NCBI GenBank assembly: GCA_964016885.1
Contig: OZ024740.1
Location: 30,814,001-30,878,000, forward strand
DNA from: Eledone cirrhosa
Lineage: Eukaryota
Length of the DNA stretch: 64,000 nucleotides
Direction: 5' to 3'
This document shows, piece by piece, positions 27,011 through 39,935 of this stretch (its first letter is position 1; each line of letters begins with the position of its first letter). The notes beneath the pieces are model-generated. The model was not told where the DNA came from. It was given only the letters and a program-made list of their open reading frames with translations, and made no database searches. The translations under genes were made by a program, and so were the position numbers.

Positions 27011-28079
27011 TTGAATTAGTATGGTATAGACAAGTACATATGTTGTTGAGGTGTATAATATTGTCAATACTCTGATATGCCCAGTTGCTGGTTGGGTTGT
27101 TATTTCACTGAGGAACTGGAATCATATGAATTCAAACAAATGAATTTCAGTGTCAAAGGTCCTCTTCTCCTCTCATTGGTCAGTTATTAGAACATTCCTC
27201 ATTCTAAGTGTTGTTATTGTTGGAGTTAGCTTAAAAAATTGATAAAATGGTAGAAGGGACAAGGTGTTAAAGGAACAAAATAACAAAAAAAGTGTCAAAC
27301 TTCCCATTGGTCAGTTCTGAGAGCATTCCTCAGTCAGAAGTCTATAGAATTCTTTCTGGGATGAGGCTCCCTGTAGTGTTTTTGTTTGCTACAAATACTT
27401 TTTCCCATTTCCCACTCTACTACCCTAAGTATTAAGTACTCTGGTACGTTATGGTCCATCTGGTTCCTTACCACATTTCCTTTGTTATATATATATAGAT
27501 ATATATATATACGTGAAAAAATGGGGAGAAGAATACTGCTGGTTGCACATGGATAACATGTAATAAAATAATATAAGTCCCTCATCAGTGATTTGCCGAC
27601 GATCATAGATATTTCATTGCATTAAAAATCATATACCTCACGTCGGTGCAATAATAACTAAATTAAGTTATTAGGACAATTAAAGCGCGTAAAGCGAGTG
27701 AGACGAGATAACAACAAAGAGGATAGCTAACCGTAGAAAGAAGGAGACAAGCTTCATAGTTATTCTGTTAGCGTAAGCTAGGTGAATATATGAGCGCTTA
27801 GAAAATAGACCTTTCAGCAGCGAATTCAAATGTGAGTGAGAGAGAAAATGATTTCGTCGCGAACGGGGTGAAGTGAGAAGAGGAGAAACAGTGAGTGAGT
27901 GAGTGAGTGGAAGTGTGAGGAAGAGTTAACGGACATGACAGAGGGGGCGAAAGAAAGTAGGAGAAACAGAGGGAGCAGTAAGAGAGAGAGAGAAAAAAAC
28001 AGAAGCGCAGTATAGGTAAATATACGTGAAAAAATGGGGAGAAGAATACTGCTAGTTGCACATGGATAACATGTAATAA

Positions 28080-28163
<84 letters not shown>

Positions 28164-28669
28164 GTGTGTGTGTGTATAGTAATAATAATAATAAACGTGA
28201 AGACTAAGATCCAAAGAGTTTCAGAAGATCCCGTTAAAGGTGAAAGCAGCGATTCTTTGCTTTAACTTTAATCTGTTATTTTAATAAATATATATGTATA
28301 ACGAAATTTTTTTCAATCCCCGAAATAATAACAAACAAACGCTCGATTTGTTTCGGTCGATCTCGTTTTAAAGAATCTTTCGTTACAAGGGATTTTTTAT
28401 ACCCCATGAATTTCGTTATAACGGAATTTTACTGTATATATATATGTGTGTGTGAGTATAAATATTTAAATATATATATATGTATGTGTGTATGTGTGTG
28501 TTAGCATATACATGTGAGACAAACCACAAACCCTCCATCTCAATTTTACTTTTGAAAAGCATAAAAACTGAAACCGGTAAAGGAAATAAATAAATATTCT
28601 TAAAAAGACTCCAGTTGCATTTTCAATTTTACTTTTTCTTTTGTTTTTTTTTAATAAAAAAACCCTCAT

Positions 28670-28758
<89 letters not shown>

Positions 28759-29759
28759 CAAAAGGGATATTCAATTTGTTGGTAATTCAACAAATATAAA
28801 TGTTTATAACTGATTCAGAGCACTTCAGAAAAACTTGAACCGTTAAGGTATCTTTTCTTGGTTATGTCAATAATTTATAAAACAAACTTTGTATTTTATC
28901 TGATGCAAGCGTACCAAAGTTTTGGTACCCTTGAAATAAATATAATAGAATAAATATGGTTTTATAAATATAGTTTCCATTTATTAAATATCATTGTATA
29001 TATATATATATATATAACGAAGAATCAATAAGAGACGGCAATCGTCTGTGAAGACGCTGCAATCCTCATGTGTGTGTGTGTGTGTGTGTGTGTGTTCGCG
29101 CGCACGTGTATGTCCCTGTAACTCCTGATGGAGTCGTAGAGAAGCATGTCTAAGGCATTTTAAACCTGGCCGAGCCCACCTCCTCTTCATGTCTGAACTC
29201 AACCAATTTCTTCTCGAGAAGGAGAGAGGGTCTGTGATAGAGAAAAAGTGTAAAAGAGAGATAGAGGAAGAATCGATTCCAGGACTGGACTGGTACCATT
29301 TTTACCAACCATGAAAAAAGGAAAGATAAAGTTAATCTCGTCGGGATTTAGACCGAGAATGCCGAGAGCTGGAACGAATACCACCAAGCACTCTATCCGA
29401 TGTTCTAACGACTCTGCCAAGTCGCCGCCTAATAGCGAAGTACCATCATTTAAACAACATTTAGAAGCTCCCCGTGGGGATTATACACACCACTCACTGT
29501 TTACAAGATATGTCCTCCCTCCACTAAGCTATGCAAATTTCTTACAAATTCGACCGTGTTCAATTTTCTTCAGAACTTATTCAGTTTTCTGAAGGTTCTA
29601 ATTTTCTTAGTTGATAATTTCAAGATTGTCTGATTTAGCTACCAATAGTGAATTACACTAGATTTCGTATCTTTAAGAATTATAATTTAAAAGTAACAAG
29701 TTGCCCAACTTGAAAAACGAACAAAACAAATAGCAACGTGTAATTTTGAAAACCTGTGT

Positions 29760-30150
29760 AATCTTGGACCGAAAGAATACGATCGCGAATACAAGCGACC
29801 AAAATTGGATTCCTCCGAAGGGTCTTTGGAGTAAAGTTACTTGCTAGAGTGTAACTCGGAGATCAGAGAGTCACTCCAGGTAGAGCTACTACTTCTCCAG
29901 ATTGAGAGATCACTGCCCCAATACTATGGGCGTGTGGTTAGAATGTCTCAGGAAAGAATTGCTGGAAAAATTTTATGGGCAAAACCAACCAGCAGGAGAC
30001 CCAGGAGTAGACCCCGAGCAAGATGGTTGGATAACATCCATGAGCTTGGTTGGTCTCACTTGGAGGTCCAGCCGGATCAGTTGGAGATGGTTGCTTCTGA
30101 CAGGACCTGCTGGAAGAAGTGTTTGAGGACTCCACCCACTTATTACTGGG
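29760..30150 (+). mobile_element. Degenerate RTE-clade LINE 3' ORF fragment
   Basis: IERSLPQYYGRVVRMSQERIAGKILWAKPTSRRPRSRPRARWLD matches the RTE C-terminal pattern (W.GHV.RM...GRP..RW.D). Confidence 0.7.
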
Positions 30151-30206
30151 AGGGTTGTGGGGGTAAAGAGAAGCAGTGTAATCTGTTAGCAGTAGCAAAC
30201 CTAAAA

Positions 30207-30392
30207 TAATTGTTTCTACTTTTGGCACAGGGCCAGCAATTACCCAGTACATTACTGGTACTTTATTTTATAGACCCCGTAAGGATGAAAGGCAAAGTTA
30301 ACCTCGGCGGGATTTGAACTCAGAATGGCAAGGGCCGTAACTCTATGTGTCAAAGCATGGTGTCCGACCTTCTACCGATACTGCTAATCCAC
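30207..30392 (-). mobile_element. SINE family A
   Basis: Core and boxes as above. Confidence 0.85.
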
Positions 30393-31229
30393 TAATGAAA
30401 TATCTACACATTTTTTTTTTTTTTTTTTTTTTCATCGATGTTGTTCTTGCTGTTATTGTTGTTTTATCATTCATCGCGCCATAAATATTTTACTTGTTAA
30501 TATCCCACATTTGTTCCTCCTTTAGATTTGCCCCTCAACTTTGCCCTCATTTTCAACATGTAACATCTTTGTTCTTATGTCACTTTAAACCCCTTTTATG
30601 TCCGCACTTCTAGCTCCCTTCCACCACCACCACCATTGTACTGTCTTTTATACAGCAGCCTTCATTTTGTCCTGACAGACCTGTTTAGAAATCCTCTCTT
30701 CGCTTCAGTAATTAAACTAATGTTCACTGCCTCTCTGACAACAGCAGCTTCTTGTGTCGAGAGGTAAAAACATCATTTTATTTTGCTTTCGTTTGTTTCT
30801 ATCTATCTCGTTCTCGCCCCTTTTATTTGTCCTCCTCCACCACTCTCTTCTATAATTTCTGTTTTGTGTCAGTAATTAGCAGCTACACTAACTGGTTCTT
30901 GAGTCTAAACTAACCTAAATTATATCTAACAGAGATGAAAAACAAAAAACAATAAAGGAAATTGTTTCTTCGTTGTTTACAGACAGTAATAGACAGGTTT
31001 GGCTTCCTAGACCTTGTACAGGGCTAAACGACTGAATGTAACCAGCAAATAAGAGGAAGGGTGTGGGAGAGGGGTTATGATGGGGGGGGGGGGGGGGTAT
31101 CTTCAATGTTGTAGAACCTTAAAATGTTTTTTTGTATTGTTCTTTGATAGCATATGTGTGTGTATGCATGTGTGTGGTGGCTATATGTACGTACGTATGT
31201 ATGTATGTATCTCTTTCTCTTAATTTCAC

Positions 31230-31449
31230 GTACATTTTTGACCGGCCACCTTCCTGGTGGCAAGGTTATAAAAGAAAAGAAATTGTCATCCCTTGAATCG
31301 CAAGAATGTTTTGCAAATTGTGACGGTGTGCCAGCTATCGCAGCCATTTGTAGTCTATGAATTAGGGAGCTGCGTTCTTTGTCCACAAATCCAAGTTCAG
31401 TTATATTTTGCTCCAAGCGAGTTGGTATACAACCTGTGGCTCCAATAAT
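31230..31449 (-). mobile_element. 3' fragment of an RLE-type (R4/Dong-like) LINE
   Basis: IIGATGCIPTRLEQNITELGF...LIHRLQMAAIAGT aligns with the C-terminus of ORF 36786..37829. Confidence 0.6.
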
Positions 31450-31625
31450 TGTTTCTACTTTTGGCACATGGCCAGCAATTATCCCAGTGTATAACTGGTA
31501 CTTTATTATCGACCTCGTAAGGATGAAAGGCAAAGTTAACTTCGGCGGGATTTGAACTCAGACCATAAAGGGGCGTAACTCTATGCTGGAAAGCACGGTG
31601 TCTGACCCTCTACCGATACTACTAA
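31445..31625 (-). mobile_element. SINE family A
   Basis: Core as above; short duplication CCAATAAT on both sides. Confidence 0.85.
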
Positions 31626-32449
31626 TTCCCAATAATGATGGGTATGAAGCTGAAGATGTATCTTGGATACTGGATCTGCAAACTCCTCATCAATGGTCCG
31701 TATGTATGTATGTATGTATGTATGTATGTATGTATGTATGTATGTATGTATGTATGTATGTATGTGTGCGTCAATGTATACTTGCTTGTGTCAATATACG
31801 TGTATATGTGTGTGTATTTATGGTACTGTATCTACGTGTATGTGTCTGTGTGTGTATGTATGTGTGTATGTGTGTGTGTGTGTACAGCACTGTCGAGAGG
31901 TAAAAAAATTAGTTTCACACTCATAAGGTCTCGAGTTCGATCCCACTGCATGTCATCTTGAGCAAGTGTCATTGACCATAGCCTTGGATCGATCAGACTC
32001 TTTGTGAATGAAATTATGTAGACAGAAACTGGTTAGAAGCCTGCATTTTACCCGTAATTGAAAGGGCCAGTCTTGTCACACATTATGTCACGCTGAAAGT
32101 TTCCTGGGAATCCTGTAAAGGGTTAATATTAGATGGCACATGGTTAAAATGCAGAAAGCCGACACCAAACAACGGTTCTGTAGACTCAACTCACAACTTA
32201 CTTCGTCAGCCAGCTACTACCAACGTAACTGTGGTCATTTTCACACTACTACCTTATTACTGATACAACGCAGCTTTTGATTGGCTAACGTTTCTAACGA
32301 ATCAAAATATGAGTCAAACTATTTGAATCGAAAAATGTTTGTTCAGGTAAAAATACTCCAACAGAACTAAAAGAACTCACAGAAATATTGAAGATAATAT
32401 TTAAATATGTGTTGTACACAATACATTTCGACTGATTTAATTCTGAGAC

Positions 32450-32685
32450 ATGATGGTATGGTGGTGTAGTGGTTGGTGGTGTGGTGGTATGATGACATAA
32501 TGGTATGGTAGTGTGGTGGTATGATGGTGTGGTGGTGTGATGGTATGGTAGTATGGTGGTGTGGTGGTATGGTGATATGGTACGGTGGTATGGAGGTATG
32601 GTGGTGTGGTGGTAGGGTAGTATGGTGGTATGGTGGTATGGTGACATGGTGGTGTGGTGGTATGGAGGTATGGTGGTATGGTGGA
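32450..32685. repeat. (TGG/ATGGT)-rich simple repeat
   Basis: Low-complexity tract. Confidence 0.85.
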
Positions 32686-32689
32686 AAAC

Positions 32690-33220
32690 AGTACGGAGAG
32701 CTTGATATCTTAGAAAGAACCTTTGAGTAGTAGAAATGTTTGTTTACGTTGGCAGCACTGCTGTGAACAGGTCTGAGAACCTGGATGATGAAATGAATCT
32801 CCGGATTCAAAACACAAATCATACTTTTGGAAAGCTTGAGGTGCGTCTATGGCCCCAACATGAGATCTCACTGCAGACAAAAGTGTACAATGTATTGTCA
32901 CACCATTACTGTACGTTTGTGAAACATGGGTAACTTACAGGCATCACTACAAACAACTTGAGTCTTAGAAGGATTGCTGGAATTGACTGAATACACCACG
33001 TAAGTGACACCGAGGTTCTTGAGAGAACGCATTCTGAGAGCATCAAATCTCTGGTTCTGAAAAACAGGTTGAGATGGAATGGTCACATGGTGTGCATGGA
33101 TGACTGCCGGCTTCCCAAGAGGATGTTGTATGAAGAACAGGCCAGAGAAAAGCGACCACTTCTTAAGCTCAGGAAGATATATAAGGACTATTTTAAAGAA
33201 TCACTTATACGTGCTAACAT
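32690..33220 (+). mobile_element. Degenerate RTE (BovB-like) LINE fragment
   Basis: FVYVGS...LDDEMNLRIQ...FGKL..RLW and LRWNGHMVCMDDCRLPKRMLY motifs in broken frames. Confidence 0.7.
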
Positions 33221-33289
33221 CAATATATATGTATATTGGGTTAAAACTAATTGATTTCAAGGCACAACCTAAACATAAATGTATATATA

Positions 33290-33767
33290 TGATCTGATAA
33301 ATTCCGACCTTACACACTTACATCTCTCTAAGACAATGTCTCTGGACCGAGATCTTTGGCGCTACGCAGTAATACAGAAGACCCGCCTTGCCTATGTACA
33401 AAGCGAAACCTACAGTCAGTAGGTACCTCTCAACCAAATATACACCCCAATCCACTACCCCCTATCCTATCCTCCCACTCCCACCAACAGCACGAGAAAA
33501 TGAGATCGAGATTGTGTAGGTGTCACGACAAAAAACACACACAGTCCACGCTGTAATGTGGCCGTGTAGATAACACAGTAAAAAGTTCCCAGTTCCACAC
33601 TGTAAATGTGGTTGGCGTTAGGAAGGGCATCCAGCCGTAGAAAACCTGCCAGATACTGATATGAGCGAGACATGGTCACCCGACCAGCTGGGACAACTCG
33701 CGTCTAACCCATGCTAGTGTGGAAAATGGACGTTAAACGATGATGATGATGATGATGGTGATGATGT
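33290..33767 (+). mobile_element. RTE LINE 3' end with (GAT)n tail
   Basis: 33290-33490 is nearly identical to 59868-60066; ends in (GAT)n like the RTE at 55384. Confidence 0.85.
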
Positions 33768-34470
33768 ATAGAGAGAGAGAATCATTGGAACATCTGACTG
33801 ATAAAATGACAAGTCAGTTAATCATATTGGTGGCCTCTCCACAGCCCCGGCGGATATCAATATTACAGTATGGGAAACTGAAGCCTTTGATAGAAGTAAA
33901 TAGAGAAAGATGATTTATGAAGGAAACATTGTTTTCGAGACATCTTCAGTACAACATGAGAAATTTAAAAGGGGTGTCAGAAAGGGTCTTGCTGTCGATT
34001 TACGTCAATTTGATGATTGACATGGTGGTTTAATATACAAGATCTGTAATAGATTCTATTTCATTAAAGCTACTATGAAAAGTCATCTTCGCAGTCATGA
34101 CTGCAAAGCTCCTTCCGATTAACAAATTGCCATGGCCAGAAATACAACATACATATGCAGAACCTGTGGCAAAGAATACAAGTCAGCTGGGGGCCTAAAA
34201 AGGCAAATCAAAGTGCATAATAAGCGTCGAGAGGCCAATAATGTCTAGAATGTTGCACACCTGCCAACTCTGTGCAAAACACTGTGAGTCATTCGCAGGC
34301 CTAAAAAGCTATATCCGTTCGCAACATCCACAAGACAGAAGGTGATGCCGTCTACCAGCCTTACCCGATCACGGAATGGTTGCCACCATGTGTGTGTATG
34401 TATGTATGTATGTATGTATGTATGTATGTATGTATGTATGTATGTATGTATGTATGTATGTATGTATGTA

Positions 34471-34511
<41 letters not shown>

Positions 34512-36332
34512 ATTTATGTATGTAAATAGCCTAAAAGTGCACCAAACTCTATAATGTGACAGCGATTGCAATGCTCTTAGCGGAGTACTTGGTGAGGAGG
34601 GTGATTTTGGACACCCTGCACGACAAAAAACAAAACCTGACGAAGGGCGGAAGAACTCATGAGTCAATGGCCATCCAAAAATATGTGTAAATATGTATGT
34701 ATGTATATGCGTGTGTGCATATGCGTATATATGCGCGGGGACATAGAAATAATCGGGCTGGATACCTTATCCCGCAGTTAAACCACTGGGAGTGAAGGAC
34801 GCCTAGCCTTTGTCAGGGTATTCTTCTAGGAGAAGGCAACTCAGGAAACTGGGATAACTCCGACATAAAACCTGCGGCTCAGTAGTTAGCGATGATGTTG
34901 ATCTATTTTTCTTTTCGAGATATAGCTACTGTCGCTCAGAGAGTGGGATTGGCTCAGTGCACAGTCTTTCCTCACTTTAAAAAAATGTTCAAGCACAGGC
35001 ATTGCACGATAGCATTAATTGATAATTACTAATAATGTTATATCATGCAATGGCCATACTCGATAACGAGGGGGCAGCCATCATGTATGTATGTATGCGC
35101 TGAGACATGGAAATACTCAGTCTGGTTGTGCGAGCGCGTGGTTAGACCACTGGGAGTGTGAGATCCCTAGTTCATGTTAGGACATCATTCTAAGAAAAGA
35201 AATCCCTGATGCAAAACCTGCGACTCGATGGCAACCAATGATGTTGACCTGTTCTTCTTATTGGATACCTGTCACTGTTGTTCAGAGGGTGGGATTGGTT
35301 CAGTGCAGGAGCTTTCTTCACTTAAAAAAGCTTCAAGCATAGGCATCATTTGATCTAAACGACTTTCACGTGTGTAGCGTGAGCATGGCCTTTTCTTTTT
35401 TCTTTCGCTGCAACACATGCAGAAAAAAATCTGAGTCCTTGGCAAGGCTGAAAAGTCATGTTCGTGTCGCCTACGTATAAGAAAAATCCATGTTCATGTA
35501 TGTATTAAATTGCTCGACTAAAGAAGAGTTGTCTAATTCCATTTATATGCTACAATGTCTTTCGGCCAATATGCTGGCGCATTGTTCAACCAGACTTATT
35601 GTGTTTACTATCTAGATATGTAAGCAGTATTCTAAGTTCAGGTGTATTTGTTGCGCTTATAAAGGCATAATATTTCTTCACGGTGTCAGTTATTTTCTTT
35701 ACCAACTTTTATGATAGTCTTAGCTATGCGAAGAATGTTAGGGATCTCCATACATAGTTAACAGAAATTGTTTGGCTTGGTATTTTGTAAAGTATATTGT
35801 AGTGTTGAGTCGTGTTATAATATTAACTGACGCCCGCATAAATGTCGTTCTATTCAAAAGTAGAAGAAATCTGAAGTGCTTTGTGAGTATGTATGTGCAT
35901 TGCTACTATATGTAGTAACGGATACGTTTATAAGTTTACTACACACCTTAGCCATTGTTTCACTGTTGCTCGAACAAACCAAATAATACCCTCCCAATCC
36001 CAAAACACAGGTCCAATTGTTCTTGCCAGCTCCTCTATATATGAAACGAATTTTACTGTCATGTGTGTCCTTCATTGCCCGATAAAAACAAGTCATAATG
36101 GTAGACATTGAAATGGTCACAAGGAGACCATAAAGAATAAAAGGTTTTGATCCCCCCCCCCCCCCCCTTTTAGTGGAGACGTGTTATACTAGCAGGCGAA
36201 AGATAATGAATGACATTGTGGTAAAGATTTTGAATCCTTATATACGTACAATCAGACAAAGTAATTCTACAGAAACACACGTTACATATACGCACACATA
36301 AGTATATGTATGTGTGTATGTATATATATATA

Positions 36333-36558
36333 TATAAATTACACAAATATCAAAGTTATGTTCAAATCATTTAATTGCTGACAATTGTTTCTTCCAAACT
36401 TTCGTTTGGAGTCATCAGAACATTATCAATGTTTGTACATATAATTAACCTCTTATTAATAGTGATAATGCTCCGATGACTCCAAACGAAAGTTTGGAAG
36501 AAACAATTGTCAGCAATTAAATGATTTGAACATAACTTTGATATTTGTGTAATTTATA
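36333..36558. repeat. Palindrome (about 96-bp arms, 34-bp spacer) with a hammerhead motif in each arm
   Basis: Arms 36333-36428 and 36463-36558 are reverse complements with 2 mismatches. Confidence 0.92.
36376..36422 (-). ncRNA. Minimal type I hammerhead ribozyme
   Basis: TGTT-CTGATGA-C-TCCAAAC-GAAA-GTTTGGA-A-GAAAC-AATT-GTC-AGCA; palindromic AATT loop 3, GUC triplet; the mirror copy at 36469-36515 has CCGATGA. Confidence 0.75.
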
Positions 36559-36683
36559 TTCCTGCTCTGTAAAACACCTGATGGTCGTACATTGAGCTAT
36601 TTCCCTTACTGGTGATAAGGTAGTAATAAATTACTGACCATTCCTGTTTATAGTATATACATAACTATAAATAATATAATTAT

Positions 36684-36768
<85 letters not shown>

Positions 36769-36806
36769 TATATTTATATATATACATGGTGGCTGCCAAC
36801 TCGTTT

Positions 36807-38063
36807 GAATGTCGCATCATATCACTCCGACAACATCTACGAACCTCGAAGCGTAGGAGCCCGTTTCTCGAGCAAGTCTATATGCATAAAACAGATAAGA
36901 TCATGAGAGTTGGGAAGGAACTCCTTGAGAGATATTCTCTGTGTGATAATCAAAAACTCACACCCAGGGATGTCGCTCAGCAGTATCGCAGTGAATCCAT
37001 GGATGAAAAACTGCATGTCTATCAGCAAAAAATCATCCATGGATATGTTGCCAGGAAGCTCCAGAGTGAGAGGAATATAGATAAAGAAAGTAGTCTATCT
37101 TGGACCGACAACCGCTATATTGGCTCCCACTTTGAAGGATACGCTTTTGCAATCCAAGAACAGGAGATTAGCACGAAATACCTGATTCACAAAAGAGATA
37201 GGGATGCAGGCAAAACACCTAGATGTGATAACAGGTGCAGACTCTGCAGAACTAACATCGAGGATATCACCCATGTCATCAGCAGCTGTCCAAAGATGTC
37301 ATCGCGGTACTATCTACCTATGAGGCAGGATGTAGTGGCCAAAACACTGTACAATGCAGTTCGTAAAAAAGATAGCCCCGATAATAAACACATTAAAAGC
37401 TACAGCAATGTGGAAGACATCCATGTACATAATATGAAAGAGTACTGGTGGAATGTTCCAGTAAAAACCTCAATCAAATGCAGGCATTACAGACCAGATA
37501 TTATGATATGGGACAGGGAGAAGAAAACATGCACAGTAGTGGAAATTAGCTGCCCAGCAGATGCCAATATAATATCAAAGATTAGTGAAAAGGAGAATAT
37601 TTATGCAGAACTGATGAGAAATCTGCAGATACTCCACCCTGATTACACCTTCAGATTTATGGCTGTGATTATTGGGGCACTGGGATATGTTAGTAACTGC
37701 CTCAATACAAATCTTGAGAAGCAAGGCTTCACAGGAACAGAAAGAACACAACTAGTTAGGAAATTACAAGTACAATCCATTAATGGAACAGTAAAAATAT
37801 GTAAAGCATTCCAAAAATGTTGCATCTAATAACTGCATATACACATGTACAGATACAAAGCATATACACATGCACACATACAACTCAAAACATACACATC
37901 CACACATACAATAACATCCATATCTACACATGCATGCATACATACATATCTACCTAGTTGATGTTGTGTAAATTCCAATGAGAGAGTCCGACTCTCTCTC
38001 TATTGGTAAAACTTTGTGAAATTATAAAACCAGCAGAACATACATACATACTTACATACATAC
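36807..38063 (+). mobile_element. 5'-truncated RLE-type non-LTR retrotransposon (R4/Dong-like)
   Basis: ORF 36786..37829 has CCHC knuckle CRLC...ITHVISSC and PD-(D/E) nuclease RPDIMIWD...VVEISCP; (ACAT)n tail; 25-bp flanking direct repeat at 36782-36806 and 38064-38088. Confidence 0.85.
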
Positions 38064-39464
38064 ATACATGGTGGCTGCCAACTCGTTTTCGAGTACGGCC
38101 ACTACTTTATATCCATGTAGGAGAACCCCTACCGATGCGCTGAACGAGTGTGACTTTTTAGTCCAGCCAGCGACTTGAAAACTCTGGTACAAACACTACA
38201 CTTGTGACAATTATTGACACATAGTGCTGGGCCCATGGTACCATGTGACGACAAGTACAGAGAGATCTCCAGATATAAAGCAATGCCTGTGCCGTGAAGC
38301 TTTTATAGTGAGCAAAGGCACTGCACAAAGCCAGTCCCACTCTCTTAACCAAGATGATATTTACCAAAAGGAAGAACAAGTCAACATCATTGGATACCAT
38401 CAGGATTGCAGGTGTTATATCAGTTTTCCTTCTCCTAGAATTCTGCCTTGACAAAGGCTAAGGGGTCATCTCTCCCGGTGATTTTGGATGGCCATTGACT
38501 CTTAAGAGCTCCTTTGCCCTTTGACAGGTTTTGTTTTTAGTCCTGCAGGATGTCCAAAGTCACCCTCCTCACCAAGAAACCTTGGTGGGGTTGCCAGTTT
38601 AGTCGCCAACGACCCGACCATGAGACAGGTTGTACTGGGATACATGTTACCAGTAGCACCAACTGGTGACATACATACATACACACACACACACACATAC
38701 ACACATACACACATACATATATACATACATACATACATTACTTTATATGTATGTGTAAGGATATGTGTATGGGATATGTATTTCTTTCGTTTCGAATGAT
38801 AGCATAAGCAGATATATTATTTTTCTGAGACACATTTTCCTAATAGAACAGTAAAGTTGTAGTTGTGTTGAGTGAATTAATAACTTGCGTGAATTTAAAA
38901 TCATTTATTACTTAGACATGCTCCGACATGATGGTCGTGATGTTCAAAACGATTGATTAATTTGTTTTAAGTATGGAGAGACGTTGGAAACAATAACTGA
39001 TCAAGGTGGAAGCTATATGCTCTTAAATTGATTATTCTGTGGAAACGGAGCTAATGTTTACTAGGCATATATGATTATTATCCTCACTAATATATTACTA
39101 GTGCCTACGTATTCTATCGGGCCATGAGTATGAAATCCAAAGTCGACGAGCAAACAAGGAAAACTCTACGTAGTCATTCGTTCTGCTAGAAATGTCAGGT
39201 AAAATTGCCTCAAATTATACACTGCTATCTTAAAAAGCGAAAAGCAAACATTGAATAATATAATCCAAGATAGATCATGTCTGAAAAAATCCAACAATAT
39301 GAGATATTCACGCCTGGAATGTCTCTGGTCATAGTCAGCTCAATCGTAGCTGATCTGGGGCTAAAGAAGAATAGCAACTCAATGTTGAGTCAGTTGGTTT
39401 GTGAAATTATAAGTTTACGATAAATACTATGACATTTACATAAGGTTTACAGACGGTTTGTGAA

Positions 39465-39675
39465 GGCACGTGGCTGAGTGGTTAGATAATTGGATTCGCA
39501 ATCATGAGGTTATGAGTTCGATTCTTGAACCGGGCGATACGTTATGTCATTGATAAAGACATTATTTCACGCTGCTCTTTCTACCTGGAGTTGCAACCGA
39601 TAGATAGTATTAGCAATTGGAAAGACCAATGGAAATATTGTTTCCTCGGTCCGATTTGACGAAAATCGATCGACT
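39465..39675 (+). mobile_element. tRNA-derived SINE family C
   Basis: A-box TGGCTGAGTGG, B-box GAGTTCGATTC; reverse copies at 43755-43962 and about 10500-10600. Confidence 0.75.
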
Positions 39676-39751
39676 GTCGATACAGGCGATGAATGGGAAG
39701 AGTCGTCAGAACGTCGAATAGAATGCTTTGCGGGATTATTTCTGGCTTGCA

Positions 39752-39935
39752 GAGGGCGTGAAATGGCAGTATCAGTAGAGGTGTCGGACGCCATGCTTTG
39801 CAGCAAAGAGTTTATGGTCTGAGTTCAAATCCCGCCGAGGTTTACTTTGCCTTTCATCCTTACGGGGTCGATAAAATAAAGTACCAGTAATGTATTGGTT
39901 AATTGCTAGCCTTGTGCCAAAAGTAGAAACAATTA
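39752..39935 (+). mobile_element. SINE family A with target-site duplication
   Basis: Flanked by ATTATTTCTGGCTTGC on both sides; inserted in an older SINE. Confidence 0.85.

Noticed and set aside
39465-39540. tRNA gene
   Set aside because: The tRNA-like head continues into a dispersed SINE body and the cloverleaf is degenerate
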